NCBI GenBank assembly: GCA_965369865.1
Contig: CBDURU010000065.1
Span: 1-19,884 of the forward strand
Direction: 5' to 3'
Source: an uncultured bacterium
Lineage (GTDB): Bacteria; JAJVIF01; JAPKYR01
Length of the DNA stretch: 19,884 nucleotides
The notes beneath the pieces were generated by a model. That model was not told the origin of the DNA. It worked only from the letters and a program-made list of their open reading frames with translations, and made no database searches. Of the stretch, positions 1-9,981 are shown one piece after another; within the stretch, counting starts at the first letter, position 1, and each line of letters opens with the position of its first letter. A program made the translations under genes and the position numbers.

Positions 1-96
1 TTCTACGGAGGCAGGCCCGTTTTCTTAGACGCATTGCCATGCAGTTCTACGGAGGCAGGCCCGTTTTCTTAGACGCATTGCCATGCAGTTCTACGG
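1..96. repeat. 44-bp tandem repeat (2 full units plus 8 nt, truncated by the window edge) containing family A REP-like copies
   Basis: Units 1-44 and 45-88 are identical and are followed by TTCTACGG. The motif GACGCATTGCCATGCAGTTCTACGG (28-52, 72-96) differs at 3 of 25 nt from GACGCACTGCCGTGCTGTTCTACGG at 18986-19010. Confidence 0.93.
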
Positions 97-143
97 ATGA
101 GGAGAGCGCGCGGGGATTTGAGAAACTTCACCATAAGATCAGG

Positions 144-184
144 CACCTCCAAAATCGCGGTGCGATTGTGGAGGCGGCACCGGG
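144..184. repeat. Family B REP-like hairpin, short-loop form; possible terminator for the minus-strand oxidoreductase
   Basis: CA-CCTCCA-A-AATCGC-GGT-GCGATT-G-TGGAGG-CGGCACCGGG forms a 12/13-bp stem with a 3-nt loop. The flanks CAC... and ...GCGGCACC match family B arms at 10130-10234. Confidence 0.6.
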
Positions 185-198
185 GGAGGGCTACATTC

Positions 199-2103
199 CT
201 ACAACCCATCCGCCAGGATATCATCTGCAAGGATATCATCCGCCAGGATCTCCGCGACATCGCGGACTTTTGCGTTCTCCACGCCCTTATCTCCATAGCC
301 GTCCGTGATCATCATCTGGCAGAACGGGCACGCGACACAAACCTCATCCGCTCCGGCTTTCATTAACTCATCGACTCGTTCATGATTGATCCGTGTGCCT
401 TCGGTTTCCTCTGTGAAAAGCATTCCACCGCCAGCGCCGCAGCAGAAACTCTTTCGTTTCGTCCGTTCCGGTTCGTGAATCGTCACGCCCGCTTTTTTAA
501 TCAAACTTCTCGGGTTTAAGTAATCCGCATCGGGACCGTATCTCGACAAGAGGCACGCGTCGTGGAAAACAACATCCTTCGATACTTTACCGTTAAGTTT
601 GAGCTTGCCATTATTTAATAGTTCCATCAGGAAATGAGAGTGGTTAACCATCTCGATATCCGGGTTCAAACCCATTTCCCTGTACTCTTTCAGCGTTCTC
701 AAACAATGCGGACATGTAGCAACGATCTTACCCGGGTTCGCTTCGTTCAGGATTTCGATATTCATCTCCGCCATCGTCTGGAAGAGGAATTCGTTCCCAG
801 CCCTACGAGCCGCGTCACCGGTGCACCGCTCTTCCATTAATACCCCGTAATCGACTCCTGCCGAATCGAGGAGTTTCTTAAACGCGAGCGCGACTTTCCG
901 GTACTGGTCGTTGTAGCGTGCCATGCAGCCCATCCACCAGAGGATTTTTCCTTCCCCGTATTCGGGAAAATCATTTTCAGAAAGGAATTCCGCCGCGTCA
1001 GCCTGCTGGTAATTCCATGGATTGCCGGTGGATTCCAGGTTGTCGAACAAGGGACGCATGGCGTCGGGGAAAATACTGTTCGCGACATACCCGCGCCGCA
1101 TTTCGATAATCGCGATCGGCTGGTCGATTCCTAATGGACACTGGAATGCGCACGCGCCGCATGTGGTGCACTGCCAGATTTGTTCCTGGAAAATTGGATC
1201 GCCAACCACTTTCTTCTCAGGATCCTCAATGTAGATCTTCTGCAGGCTCAGAATGAGTTCCTTCGGGTCAAGCTTCTTTCCGGTTATACGGGCAGGGCAA
1301 TTATCAAAACAACGTCCGCATTCGACACAGGTGAACGAGGCAAGAATCATGTATTTCCCAAGGTCTGTATATTTTTCCGCGCCGAGGTACATATCCTCTT
1401 CATCAATCGATTCATCTTCGAAGTCGATATTGAGCGGCTTGATCGCCGCAAGCTCGAAATCCTTGAAAAAGACTGTGAAGATGCTGAACACAAGGTGAAG
1501 ATGTTTTGAACGCGGCAGGAGAATCAGGAAAGTCGCGATTACGAAAATATGTATCCAGCCGTTAATCTTGAACGCAAATGAATCCTCTTCGAGTACGAAT
1601 ACACCCAGGATATAGGTGACAACCGAGGCCAGGATCAAAAGCGCGATAGCACCCGATTCATAAGAGAGCTCTGCCCCCAGTGCCGGAGGTCGAATAATAA
1701 ATCGCCTGATTAACAGGATTGATATCCCGAAGATACATAAGACCGCCCAGCATCCCACAAGAATCCGGTAGTAATCGTGAAATGGTCCGTTTCCTAAAAG
1801 GCCGAATTCAAAACCGGTGAGTGCACGGACAAACGCGTCGGCAGTCTCAATCATGAACACTAGAAAAGTCCAGAAAACAACCGCATGTGCGGTCCCTGGT
1901 CCGGGACGTCCGGCGATCACTGTACTCTGGAAAAAAAACTCCCTGAACCATCGTACAATTCGTTCACCTATCCGGTCGAACGGTAACGAACCCCGTCCCA
2001 TCCAGATAATCCTGATTCTTTGAATAACAGGATATAAGAAAAATCCAAGGGCGGTTAAAACAAGAAGCGCAAGTATTACTTTTTCGATTGGAGACGTGTG
2101 CAT
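199..2103 (-). CDS. fadF: Membrane-anchored (Fe-S)-binding oxidoreductase, FadF/GlpC/HdrD-like
   Basis: Several N-terminal TM helices with SKHLH, two ferredoxin motifs (CVECGRCFDNCP, CTTCGACAFQCP) and two CCG domains (ERCTG...CPHC, HDAC...FCCGAGGG...CPFC). RBS GAGGA upstream. The gene symbol is a family-level match only. Confidence 0.85.
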   Translation of the reverse strand: MHTSPIEKVILALLVLTALGFFLYPVIQRIRIIWMGRGSLPFDRIGERIVRWFREFFFQSTVIAGRPGPGTAHAVVFWTFLVFMIETADAFVRALTGFEFGLLGNGPFHDYYRILVGCWAVLCIFGISILLIRRFIIRPPALGAELSYESGAIALLILASVVTYILGVFVLEEDSFAFKINGWIHIFVIATFLILLPRSKHLHLVFSIFTVFFKDFELAAIKPLNIDFEDESIDEEDMYLGAEKYTDLGKYMILASFTCVECGRCFDNCPARITGKKLDPKELILSLQKIYIEDPEKKVVGDPIFQEQIWQCTTCGACAFQCPLGIDQPIAIIEMRRGYVANSIFPDAMRPLFDNLESTGNPWNYQQADAAEFLSENDFPEYGEGKILWWMGCMARYNDQYRKVALAFKKLLDSAGVDYGVLMEERCTGDAARRAGNEFLFQTMAEMNIEILNEANPGKIVATCPHCLRTLKEYREMGLNPDIEMVNHSHFLMELLNNGKLKLNGKVSKDVVFHDACLLSRYGPDADYLNPRSLIKKAGVTIHEPERTKRKSFCCGAGGGMLFTEETEGTRINHERVDELMKAGADEVCVACPFCQMMITDGYGDKGVENAKVRDVAEILADDILADDILADGL

Positions 2104-2138
2104 GTGAAAATCCTCACAAAGCTGTTGGCAACCGAGTA

Positions 2139-2167
2139 ATTATAAAGAACCCGGCGACAGTAAACAA
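2139..2167 (-). promoter_or_regulatory. Sigma70-type promoter for the oxidoreductase
   Basis: On the minus strand: TTGTTT, 17-nt spacer, TATAAT, ending 35 nt upstream of the ATG. Confidence 0.6.
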
Positions 2168-2314
2168 CTGCTTTCTCGCTCATGCTTATCCATATATTTA
2201 ACATCATTAATATCAACGCCGGGCTGGCAGTTATTCTCATTCAACGTTACAATTCCCACCGTCAATATTCTGAAGGCAGCCACGATGTTTCACATGCGAC
2301 AACTGGGAGATTTG

Positions 2315-3121
2315 ATGATCCTCCAAACCGACCTGTTCCCGGTTTCGCTCAAGCATGCCTTCACGACCCGACGGTTAAAAAAAGCGGGACCGAAAAAGGG
2401 CGCCGATTTCAGGATCAATTCAATTAATGAAACCGTTCAATGGTGGATTAAACTCAGGAACTCTCTATTCACACCGAACCACACGCTTTATATTCATAAC
2501 CAGGAACATGGAGGAAATGTCCGTGTAGTCGGTCCGGATGAACCTACAGACGATGTGCAAAATGTCGATGGTTTTAAATTCAGGATTCTCGGCGATGGCG
2601 ATGGAATAATCAAACCTTTCGGAAGAGTACCGGCTTTTATTGGTATCACCACCGCTGACTGCCTTCCCTGCATAGTGTACGAACCAAACTCCCATGCAGT
2701 CGCGGTAATTCATGCGGGATGGCGGGGACTTACTTCAGATATCCCGGCAAGCGCGATCCGGGCATTCAAGGCAAATCTGGACCTTTTACCTCAAGATCTT
2801 CTCTGGGCAATTGGTCCATCAATCGACAGAAAAAATTACGAGGTTGGAACCGAAGTGATAGCCGGACTTGAGGCTTCCGGATTTGCGGAATCCGACTGGC
2901 TTGAAAGCCCGGATTCGATTCCCTGCTGGATAAAGTCGAAACGAAGAGATCATTACATGCTGAACCTGGCCGAATGCATGTGTCGCCGGCTGGTTTCGCT
3001 CGGCGTCCCGGAAAACCAGATCGATATTTGTAAACTCTCAACGTTCGACAATCCTAACCTGTTCCATTCTTACAGGCGTGATGGAGGAATCAAAGGTTTA
3101 CAGGCTTCTGTTGTCGGGTAG
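2315..3121 (+). CDS. pgeF: PgeF/YfiH (laccase-domain) purine nucleoside phosphorylase / peptidoglycan editing factor
   Basis: Motifs NQEHG, TADCLP, IHAGWRG, IGPSI, YEVG and SYRRDG. Start moved from 2285 to ATG 2315 because of GGGAGA at 2305-2310. Confidence 0.9.
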   Translation: MILQTDLFPVSLKHAFTTRRLKKAGPKKGADFRINSINETVQWWIKLRNSLFTPNHTLYIHNQEHGGNVRVVGPDEPTDDVQNVDGFKFRILGDGDGIIKPFGRVPAFIGITTADCLPCIVYEPNSHAVAVIHAGWRGLTSDIPASAIRAFKANLDLLPQDLLWAIGPSIDRKNYEVGTEVIAGLEASGFAESDWLESPDSIPCWIKSKRRDHYMLNLAECMCRRLVSLGVPENQIDICKLSTFDNPNLFHSYRRDGGIKGLQASVVG

Positions 3122-3216
3122 GTTTACCTTTTGCCGATTTATTGTTAAATTTCTCGCACTACTACTATTATTTTGAAACATTTTTCCAATGGCATCATCA
3201 CCTAGGAGTGTTCTCG

Positions 3217-4764
3217 TTGAAATTGAATAAATATAAAATTCCCGAATGGTTTCTGGCCGGGTTACTGGTTGTAATTTTCATCCACAATCCCGCACCCGTC
3301 CACGCTCAGGGTTTAGACCTTCTCTCATCAACCGGCGATCCAGATGACCCAGGCTTCCTGACTTTGAACGACTGCCTTGAGATTGCTTATGAAAACAACA
3401 TCGGCCTGATGCGTATACGCCTCGGTATTGAAGCCGGTTTCCTTGAAAGGATACGGAACGAGAGCATTTTCGATCCCGGTTTCGACCTCAATCTTTCATA
3501 CCGCCAGCAGGATTCTCCCGACTCGACATCCAATTCCAGCGGCACGTCCAACACCCAGTTGGGCATGAACTACAGGCATCCGATCTGGAACGGCAGCTCC
3601 TGGGTTATTTCAATCGACCAGACGGTTGCCGAGGGTTCGTACAACTTCGGCGAGGGTTCCGAATCGTACAGAACCTACAATTCGCAATTCGGAATCGCCT
3701 ATTCGATGCCGATCCTTGAAGGCTACGGTGAAAGGATAAATCGCATCGGCGTCAGAAAATCCGATATTGGTATCTTCAGAAGCGAATCCGCGGTAAACAA
3801 CGCGGAGCGTGCCCTGCGCTACAGCGTGATCCAGGCTTACATCCTGGCCACGCTTTCAGAAAAACAGATCGAAGTAGCCGAGCTCAGTCTCGACACCGCC
3901 GTTAACCTGGTTGAACGGGTCCAGGCGCTCATCGATGTCGGGCAGATCGCACCGTACGAACTCCTTTCAGCACAGTCCGGACTTGCACAGAGGCAGGAAG
4001 CCGTTCTCAACTCGAATACCGACCTTGCGAATTCGCACGATTTCCTTAAGGATGTAATCGGGCTTCCAATCATCGATGATATTTCCGTCGGCCTTGCTGA
4101 ATTCCAGGGGATTATACTCGATGTGGACGCGGACGATCTCTTTTTCCTGGCGCAGCAGAACCGTCCCGATCTTGAAGATATCGATCTGCGCATTCAACAG
4201 TCGCAACTCGATCTGATGCTCGCGACGGATCGAAGGCAGGCGTCGCTCACATGGAATACAATTCTGAGCGTGGCGGGTCAGGACGACGGTTACAGTGAAA
4301 GCCTCAGCGACATGAACCATTTCTCCTGGTACACCGGGCTTGAGTACCAGCTCCCCCTCGGCGGAAATCGCGCGGCCGCAGTCGATGTCTCATCGGCGCG
4401 ACTGGCACTCGATCAACTCGACCTTGAAAGAATTGAATTACTCAGGAATCTCCAGCTTGAAATCCGGGCCGCGGTTGAGGAATTCAACAACGCGCTGCTC
4501 AGGGTGGACGTCACATCACAGGGGCTTGAGGTCCAGGATGTGAAAATGGAGAGCGAGCACGCAAGGCTTGAACTTGGGCTTATTACATCGCGCGACCTTC
4601 TGGATTCCGATCTCGAACTCGCAAACGCGCGCCTGGCAGTGGAGTTCGCGCTTGCCGACGCTCTCAACGCGATCGCGAAGCTCGAGTTCCTGACGAACGT
4701 TCAGTTAATTAACGATGCGGTAATTCTGGGCGGAATTATGTCGGATGCAGAGGTGATTGAATAA
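3217..4764 (+). CDS. TolC family outer membrane efflux protein
   Basis: Signal peptide ending [18 protein letters not shown], two OEP repeats ([19 protein letters not shown]). Start placed at TTG 3217 behind AGGAG (3204-3208). The stop overlaps the next ATG (TAATG). Confidence 0.9.
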   Translation: MKLNKYKIPEWFLAGLLVVIFIHNPAPVHAQGLDLLSSTGDPDDPGFLTLNDCLEIAYENNIGLMRIRLGIEAGFLERIRNESIFDPGFDLNLSYRQQDSPDSTSNSSGTSNTQLGMNYRHPIWNGSSWVISIDQTVAEGSYNFGEGSESYRTYNSQFGIAYSMPILEGYGERINRIGVRKSDIGIFRSESAVNNAERALRYSVIQAYILATLSEKQIEVAELSLDTAVNLVERVQALIDVGQIAPYELLSAQSGLAQRQEAVLNSNTDLANSHDFLKDVIGLPIIDDISVGLAEFQGIILDVDADDLFFLAQQNRPDLEDIDLRIQQSQLDLMLATDRRQASLTWNTILSVAGQDDGYSESLSDMNHFSWYTGLEYQLPLGGNRAAAVDVSSARLALDQLDLERIELLRNLQLEIRAAVEEFNNALLRVDVTSQGLEVQDVKMESEHARLELGLITSRDLLDSDLELANARLAVEFALADALNAIAKLEFLTNVQLINDAVILGGIMSDAEVIE

Positions 4765-5483
4765 TGGCCGAACATCCGCTCATACGCCTTGAGGGAATAT
4801 ATAAAATCTACAAAATGGGAGAATCCAAGGTCAGGGCGCTCGACGGTGTGTCACTCACTCTTGAGGAAGGTGAGATGCTCGCGATCATGGGATCGTCCGG
4901 GAGCGGAAAGAGTACCCTGATGAACGTTCTCGGATGCCTCGATCGCCCGACCGACGGCAAATACTGGCTCAATGGTGAGGATGTCAGCGACATGACCGAC
5001 AATGAGCTCGCGAAAATTCGTAACAAGCGTATCGGTTTTGTTTTTCAGATGTTCAATTTGCTGAAACGCACAAGCGCCGTTGAAAATGTCGAGCTTCCTC
5101 TGGTCTATTCCGGCACTAAAAATCGCCGCAAGCTGGCACTTGAAGCTCTCGAACATGTCCAGCTCAGAAACAGGTATAAACACAAACCCAACGAGCTTTC
5201 GGGAGGAGAACAGCAGAGGGTGGCTATTGCGCGTGCGATCGTCACCGATCCTGACATAATCATGGCCGATGAGCCTACCGGTAATCTCGACAGCAAGGTC
5301 TCAATGGAAATCATGGAATTTTTCTGGGAGTTTCATCAATCGGGCAAAACCATTGTCCTCGTTACACACGAAATGGATATCATGGCGTTCGCGACACGCG
5401 TTATCACCCTCGTGGATGGAAAAATTTTATCCGATGTTAAACAGACATCATGCATGGAGAAAAAAACAGAAAAAATTGCATAA
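4764..5483 (+). CDS. ABC transporter ATP-binding protein, MacB/LolD/YknY type
   Basis: Walker [19 protein letters not shown], signature [14 protein letters not shown], Walker [11 protein letters not shown]-loop VTHE. Confidence 0.97.
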   Translation: MAEHPLIRLEGIYKIYKMGESKVRALDGVSLTLEEGEMLAIMGSSGSGKSTLMNVLGCLDRPTDGKYWLNGEDVSDMTDNELAKIRNKRIGFVFQMFNLLKRTSAVENVELPLVYSGTKNRRKLALEALEHVQLRNRYKHKPNELSGGEQQRVAIARAIVTDPDIIMADEPTGNLDSKVSMEIMEFFWEFHQSGKTIVLVTHEMDIMAFATRVITLVDGKILSDVKQTSCMEKKTEKIA

Positions 5484-5518
5484 CTGAAAATTATTAAATT
5501 AAGGACGACTTTAAGAAT

Positions 5519-6337
5519 ATGGAAAACTATGAGATAGAAGAACCGGGTAACATTGATGAATTCGATGATAACGAGTTTATCGATGATCAAGACGATGAGG
5601 AACTTTCAGTAGCCGAGAAGGTGATCGGGGTTTTCATTTCACCCGGTAAAACTTTTAAATATTTATCGGAACGCCCGGATTTCTGGTCGCCGTTTATTAT
5701 TATTTCACTTGTCCTTATTGCCTGTGGGATGTTGTACATGACAAACCTGATGCCGATGCTCGTGAGCGAAACGATAGCAAAGACTCAGATAGAACTTGAA
5801 GCGGCAGGGGTATCGGAAAGCGAGATAACCGAGATAATTTCAGCAATGGCGAAATATATGCCTTATGTTTTCTACGGGCAGTCAGTTATCGGGCAGCCAA
5901 TAGGAATACTGATTGTCTGGCTCCTGCTTACACTCGGTGTATTTTTCATCGGCCTTATGCAGGGACTGAAAACCGACTTCAAGAAGCTCTTCGGTGTACT
6001 TCCATGGATATCATTTATCGGATTGCTGCCGGTACAGATAATAACAACGATTATTTATATGTCGGGACGCGTTACGGAAATGGCAGACATGCAGAACATG
6101 CGGATTGTAAAACCATACAGTCTGGCAGGACTATTCCCTGAAAGTGTCGAGTTACCGAAATTCGCGATGGGTATCCTTGGCACTATCGATCCGTTCTACA
6201 TCTGGTCAATGATCGTAATGGTGATCGCCCTCGAGCATGTTAATAACTGTAAAAGATCACAGGCAATAATTACGACAGCCATTATCGCAGTCATAGGACT
6301 TGTGCTCAGCGGTGTTGCAACAAACCTGGCGCCATAG
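5519..6337 (+). CDS. Yip1 family membrane protein (YknW-like)
   Basis: VFISPGKTFKYLSERP, about 5 TM helices, IDPFYIW motif, acidic N-terminal tail; lies inside an ABC export cluster. Confidence 0.85.
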   Translation: MENYEIEEPGNIDEFDDNEFIDDQDDEELSVAEKVIGVFISPGKTFKYLSERPDFWSPFIIISLVLIACGMLYMTNLMPMLVSETIAKTQIELEAAGVSESEITEIISAMAKYMPYVFYGQSVIGQPIGILIVWLLLTLGVFFIGLMQGLKTDFKKLFGVLPWISFIGLLPVQIITTIIYMSGRVTEMADMQNMRIVKPYSLAGLFPESVELPKFAMGILGTIDPFYIWSMIVMVIALEHVNNCKRSQAIITTAIIAVIGLVLSGVATNLAP

Positions 6338-6402
6338 TGATGGACCGTTACGTAATAACCGGCCTGTTGAATTATTATTAAAAACGCTACACGTGAATTA
6401 TC

Positions 6403-7737
6403 ATGGCTAAGAAAAGAAAAAAACGGAAAAATAAAGCTTTACTGAACTGGATATTTTTTATCGTACTGGCCCTCATAGTCGGAGCGATATCGTGGTACTC
6501 CTACACCCGGACCCAGGAGGACACTCAGTGGACATTTCAGGAATTCCAATCGTCTGAATCCGTTTATACAGGCGATCTCGAATTGAGTGTCCTTGCGTCG
6601 TGCACCGTACATCCTTTCGAGACCATCGAGGTCCGTCCCGAGGCCAGCGGTAAAATTGTGGAATTGTATTTCGATTCCGGCGACTGGGTCGAAATTGGCG
6701 ACCCGATGGCGTTACTCGACCAGGACGATCTGCTGATACGGCTTGATACCAGCCGCGCGAACCTTTCCAGATCATACGCCCAGCTCGAATTGACCAGAAG
6801 AGGTTATACTCCGAGAGAACTCCAGCAGTACGACGCGCAGGTTGAAAATGCCCAGCTCGCCCTCGATGAAGCGCTTGAGGATCTGGCTTATACACAGGAA
6901 CTTCACGATGGCGGTTTCGCGTCCGATGAAGATCTCGATAATGCCGAGTATGGGGCCGAACAGGCAAACCAGAATCTCGAGCATGCCCGGGACGCCCGTA
7001 ATGTTTTGATAGATGGGACTACGAGCGAGGAATTGCAGGTGGCGTATGCCAACGTTGCCATTGCACAGGCGGCGGTAAGCGAAGCTGAAAATGCACTCGG
7101 GGACGCGACTATTTATTCCCCTATTTCCGGAACGGTCATGGACAAGTACGTTAACGAAGGCAGCGTGATTGTTTCATCTCTCGCGGGCTTTGGTGGCGGC
7201 GATGTACTTTGCACTATCGGCGATCTTACTACCATGAAATCTTACGCATCGGTAGACGAAGGCGATATTGGCCTGGTTACCCGGGGACAGATTGTCAATC
7301 TTGATTTTGATGCATACCGTGACGAAACTTTCGAAGGGGTGGTGCTTAAAATTCATCCCCAGGCTACTTTAACCGGAGGGCTTAATTCTTTCACCGTGGA
7401 AATTGAGGTCCCGAACGAGGATGGCAAACTGATGAGCGGTATGCGCGGCGAAGCGGAGATCATCACGGAAAAACACACCGATCTTCTGCTCGTACCCGAC
7501 CGCGCGATCGCCGCGCACGAGGAAAAACAATACGTGTTTGTTGTCAATGAGGACGATTCAATCGAGGTCCGCGAAATTGAGACCGGATTGACGAACTACA
7601 TGATAACGGAAGTTTTAAGTGGACTTGAAGAAGGCGAGATGGTCATTACAAGGGGGGTTCCGCGCGATTTACTTGAGGAACTTGACGAAAACGGCAACCG
7701 TAGAAGAGGCGGTGGAATCGTAATCAGGTCTTCGTAA
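6403..7737 (+). CDS. Efflux periplasmic adaptor subunit (MacA/YknX/HlyD-like)
   Basis: Basic N-terminus plus one TM helix, lipoyl half-motifs (SGKIVELYFDSGDWV, IYSPISGTV), long coiled-coil hairpin, VDEGDIG, LMSGM, VLSGLEEGEMV. Confidence 0.93.
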   Translation: MAKKRKKRKNKALLNWIFFIVLALIVGAISWYSYTRTQEDTQWTFQEFQSSESVYTGDLELSVLASCTVHPFETIEVRPEASGKIVELYFDSGDWVEIGDPMALLDQDDLLIRLDTSRANLSRSYAQLELTRRGYTPRELQQYDAQVENAQLALDEALEDLAYTQELHDGGFASDEDLDNAEYGAEQANQNLEHARDARNVLIDGTTSEELQVAYANVAIAQAAVSEAENALGDATIYSPISGTVMDKYVNEGSVIVSSLAGFGGGDVLCTIGDLTTMKSYASVDEGDIGLVTRGQIVNLDFDAYRDETFEGVVLKIHPQATLTGGLNSFTVEIEVPNEDGKLMSGMRGEAEIITEKHTDLLLVPDRAIAAHEEKQYVFVVNEDDSIEVREIETGLTNYMITEVLSGLEEGEMVITRGVPRDLLEELDENGNRRRGGGIVIRSS

Positions 7738-7960
7738 GGTGCACTTGCTGACGCGCGTGGCTCTGATATCATATCAACTTCAATCGCCGGGTGCTGGCCA
7801 CACGCGTTCATCCTGCATCCTTCGTGATCATTAACATCCTGTATCCCAAAGGTGCACTTGCTGACGCGCGTGGCTCTGATATCATATCAACTTCAATCGC
7901 CGGGTGCCGCCCACACGCGTTCATCCTGCATCCTTCGTGATCATTAACATCCTGTATCCC
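7736..7960. repeat. 113-bp tandem duplication (family C REP plus the start of a family B arm)
   Basis: 7736-7847 versus 7849-7960: 112 aligned nt with 2 mismatches. It starts within the adaptor gene's stop codon. Confidence 0.95.
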
Positions 7961-8008
7961 CCAGGAAATCTAAAACCTCCCAAAACCCGAAAAGCTTGTG
8001 GGTGAATG
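7900..8008. repeat. 109-bp direct repeat, left copy (single family B arm)
   Basis: 107/109 identical to 9982-10090. Confidence 0.95.
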
Positions 8009-8032
8009 TTAAACCTCCCGGCCTATTGCACT

Positions 8033-9763
8033 TCAACGCCTGATTTGTACCGGGATTCGTTCAAGTTGCAGTTGCAGACGCACTTCCTCATCCCAGTATC
8101 CGTTCGGAAAATACATGCACAAAAAACCGTTCTGACCTCCACTTGAATAATGAGTGTCCTCGCCACTCGGGGCCAGGTTGATCGTAGTGCCAAAATTTCC
8201 GCCCATGTAAACATTACCATGCTGGTCAGTTACCACCGCTTCCCCCCTGTCAATCGATGTACTTCCCGGTGTGCGGACCCACAGGATAACGCCACTGGAA
8301 CTATATTTACACAGGAAAATATCAGTGGAGCTGGAGTATTCACCACCAGTATTGATCCGAATATCGCCGCCCCCGGTCGGGTTAAAATCCGCCGTCTGGT
8401 CAAATTTACCGGTTGAATACACATTACCCAGGCCGTCTGTGTTCACATCCAGCGTTTCGGCGGTACCTCTTGCGTCGACGAACCTGATCCACTGGTAATA
8501 CCCACTGCCGTTAAATTTTATCGTGTATCCATTTGTCCCTCCCGGGCTGCATTCTGACGGCACCATCGTTTGATTTCCCGCAATATCAAAGATTTTTACC
8601 TCAGGCCCGCCGAGTGCCCCGCCTGCATAAATTGAATTATCGTATGGATCGAACGCGACGCTGTTCACCGATCTCGTGCCTTCGGCCTGCCACATGGTCG
8701 TCCAGGCGAAATTACCCGCACTTGTATACTTGCACAAAAACCTGTTGCCATCTCCACCATAATCCTGGGTTAAATATGGAGGAGCAGTTCCGCTGGTAAA
8801 ATTTATCTGATACCCGTCAACCTCACCGACGACATAAACATTACCGAAGTGATCGACATCAAGTGCATCCGCCTGTTCATAAGGAGCCTCACCGCCAATC
8901 GTACGCGTCCACTCTACAAAACCACCGGGATTGAAGTTAATCAGGAATGCATCGGAGAAGCCGCTGGACTGGTGCCAGTCGGCACCTGCCGACGGATCGA
9001 GATCAGCACTTCCGTGGAAATTTCCAAGCACATACACGTTGCCGGGTACCGCGAATTCCACATCGACAGCTTCATCATCCTCAGGTCCTCCCCATGCGAC
9101 CGCCCAGATGCAGTTGCCCCACGCGCTGACCTTGCATAAGAACGCATCATTACCGCCACTGGAATTCAAAACCGAATTCCGTCCGGGACTCGTGCTGAAT
9201 CTGAAAGCCTCATTGAAATATCCCGCCACATAAACATTTCCGTAATTATCGACTGTAACCCCCATCCCGGTTGCGTAATCACTTTCGGACGCGCTGCCCC
9301 ATGAAATCGCCCATTTGAAAGTACCGCCTCTGTTGAATTTAGACAGGTACGCGTATTCAGTAGTTGCGGGAACCGAGAAATGGTACTCGTTGTTATTTTC
9401 ATCGCCCGAAAAATTCATCTCCCTGTAAAAAGAACCTGTGACATAAATATTTCCTTGATCGTCCGTGGCGATGTCTTTGACGTACGCTTTCCCGTTTTCG
9501 TGGGTCCAGGTACGTGCCCATCCGCTCTGGGTGGTTAATTCGATTCCGGGTCTCATATCCGGTCGCGCTTCAGGTGAAGTATCGCTAGGCACATTGTCGC
9601 GTGTGTCGACTGAGAACTTCAACTGTTGCGACACGTCGTTAATGGGATTGATATGCGTTGGCTTAAATAATCCCCCACCATTCAATCCGGTACATCCGGT
9701 AATGAATATCGAGGCAAGAACTAGAATAATAACAGTCGGGTCAGCTTTGGGAAACCGTTGCAT
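8033..9763 (-). CDS. SBBP-repeat beta-propeller lipoprotein
   Basis: Lipobox ITG-C after a hydrophobic stretch. Repeated blades D-x-x-GN-[IV]-Y-V-x-G ... D-A-F-L-x-K ... G-x-x-x-W. RBS AAGGAGG upstream. Confidence 0.88.
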   Translation of the reverse strand: MQRFPKADPTVIILVLASIFITGCTGLNGGGLFKPTHINPINDVSQQLKFSVDTRDNVPSDTSPEARPDMRPGIELTTQSGWARTWTHENGKAYVKDIATDDQGNIYVTGSFYREMNFSGDENNNEYHFSVPATTEYAYLSKFNRGGTFKWAISWGSASESDYATGMGVTVDNYGNVYVAGYFNEAFRFSTSPGRNSVLNSSGGNDAFLCKVSAWGNCIWAVAWGGPEDDEAVDVEFAVPGNVYVLGNFHGSADLDPSAGADWHQSSGFSDAFLINFNPGGFVEWTRTIGGEAPYEQADALDVDHFGNVYVVGEVDGYQINFTSGTAPPYLTQDYGGDGNRFLCKYTSAGNFAWTTMWQAEGTRSVNSVAFDPYDNSIYAGGALGGPEVKIFDIAGNQTMVPSECSPGGTNGYTIKFNGSGYYQWIRFVDARGTAETLDVNTDGLGNVYSTGKFDQTADFNPTGGGDIRINTGGEYSSSTDIFLCKYSSSGVILWVRTPGSTSIDRGEAVVTDQHGNVYMGGNFGTTINLAPSGEDTHYSSGGQNGFLCMYFPNGYWDEEVRLQLQLERIPVQIRR

Positions 9764-9981
9764 GAGTCAGTCCTCCTTCATCAGTAGGGGAGTTTATCAT
9801 ATTTGAAAATCGATGACCTAATTATGTCCCCCACTACAGGGGAATGGTTCTATTCGACTATATTGTTTTTTTCGTAGCCCGGAAACCCGCTGAGCAAACA
9901 ACCAGTTTTCTAATATGGTGGGATGGGTTTACGGGATCGTTTTAAGGTAATCAAACATGTGACCATCGTGGGATCGACACT

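Noticed and set aside
1..96. CRISPR array
   Set aside because: The segments between repeats are identical rather than unique, the repeat matches the dispersed REP-like family A, and no cas genes are in the window. Upstream sequence is not visible.
39..366. Short ORFs at the window start and other short ORFs overlapping long genes
   Set aside because: They are repeat-derived, antisense or alternate-frame shadows of well-supported CDSs, with no motifs.
7696..7705. AACCGTAGAA resembling the start of family A inside the adaptor gene
   Set aside because: Only 10 nt match and the palindrome is absent; likely chance.
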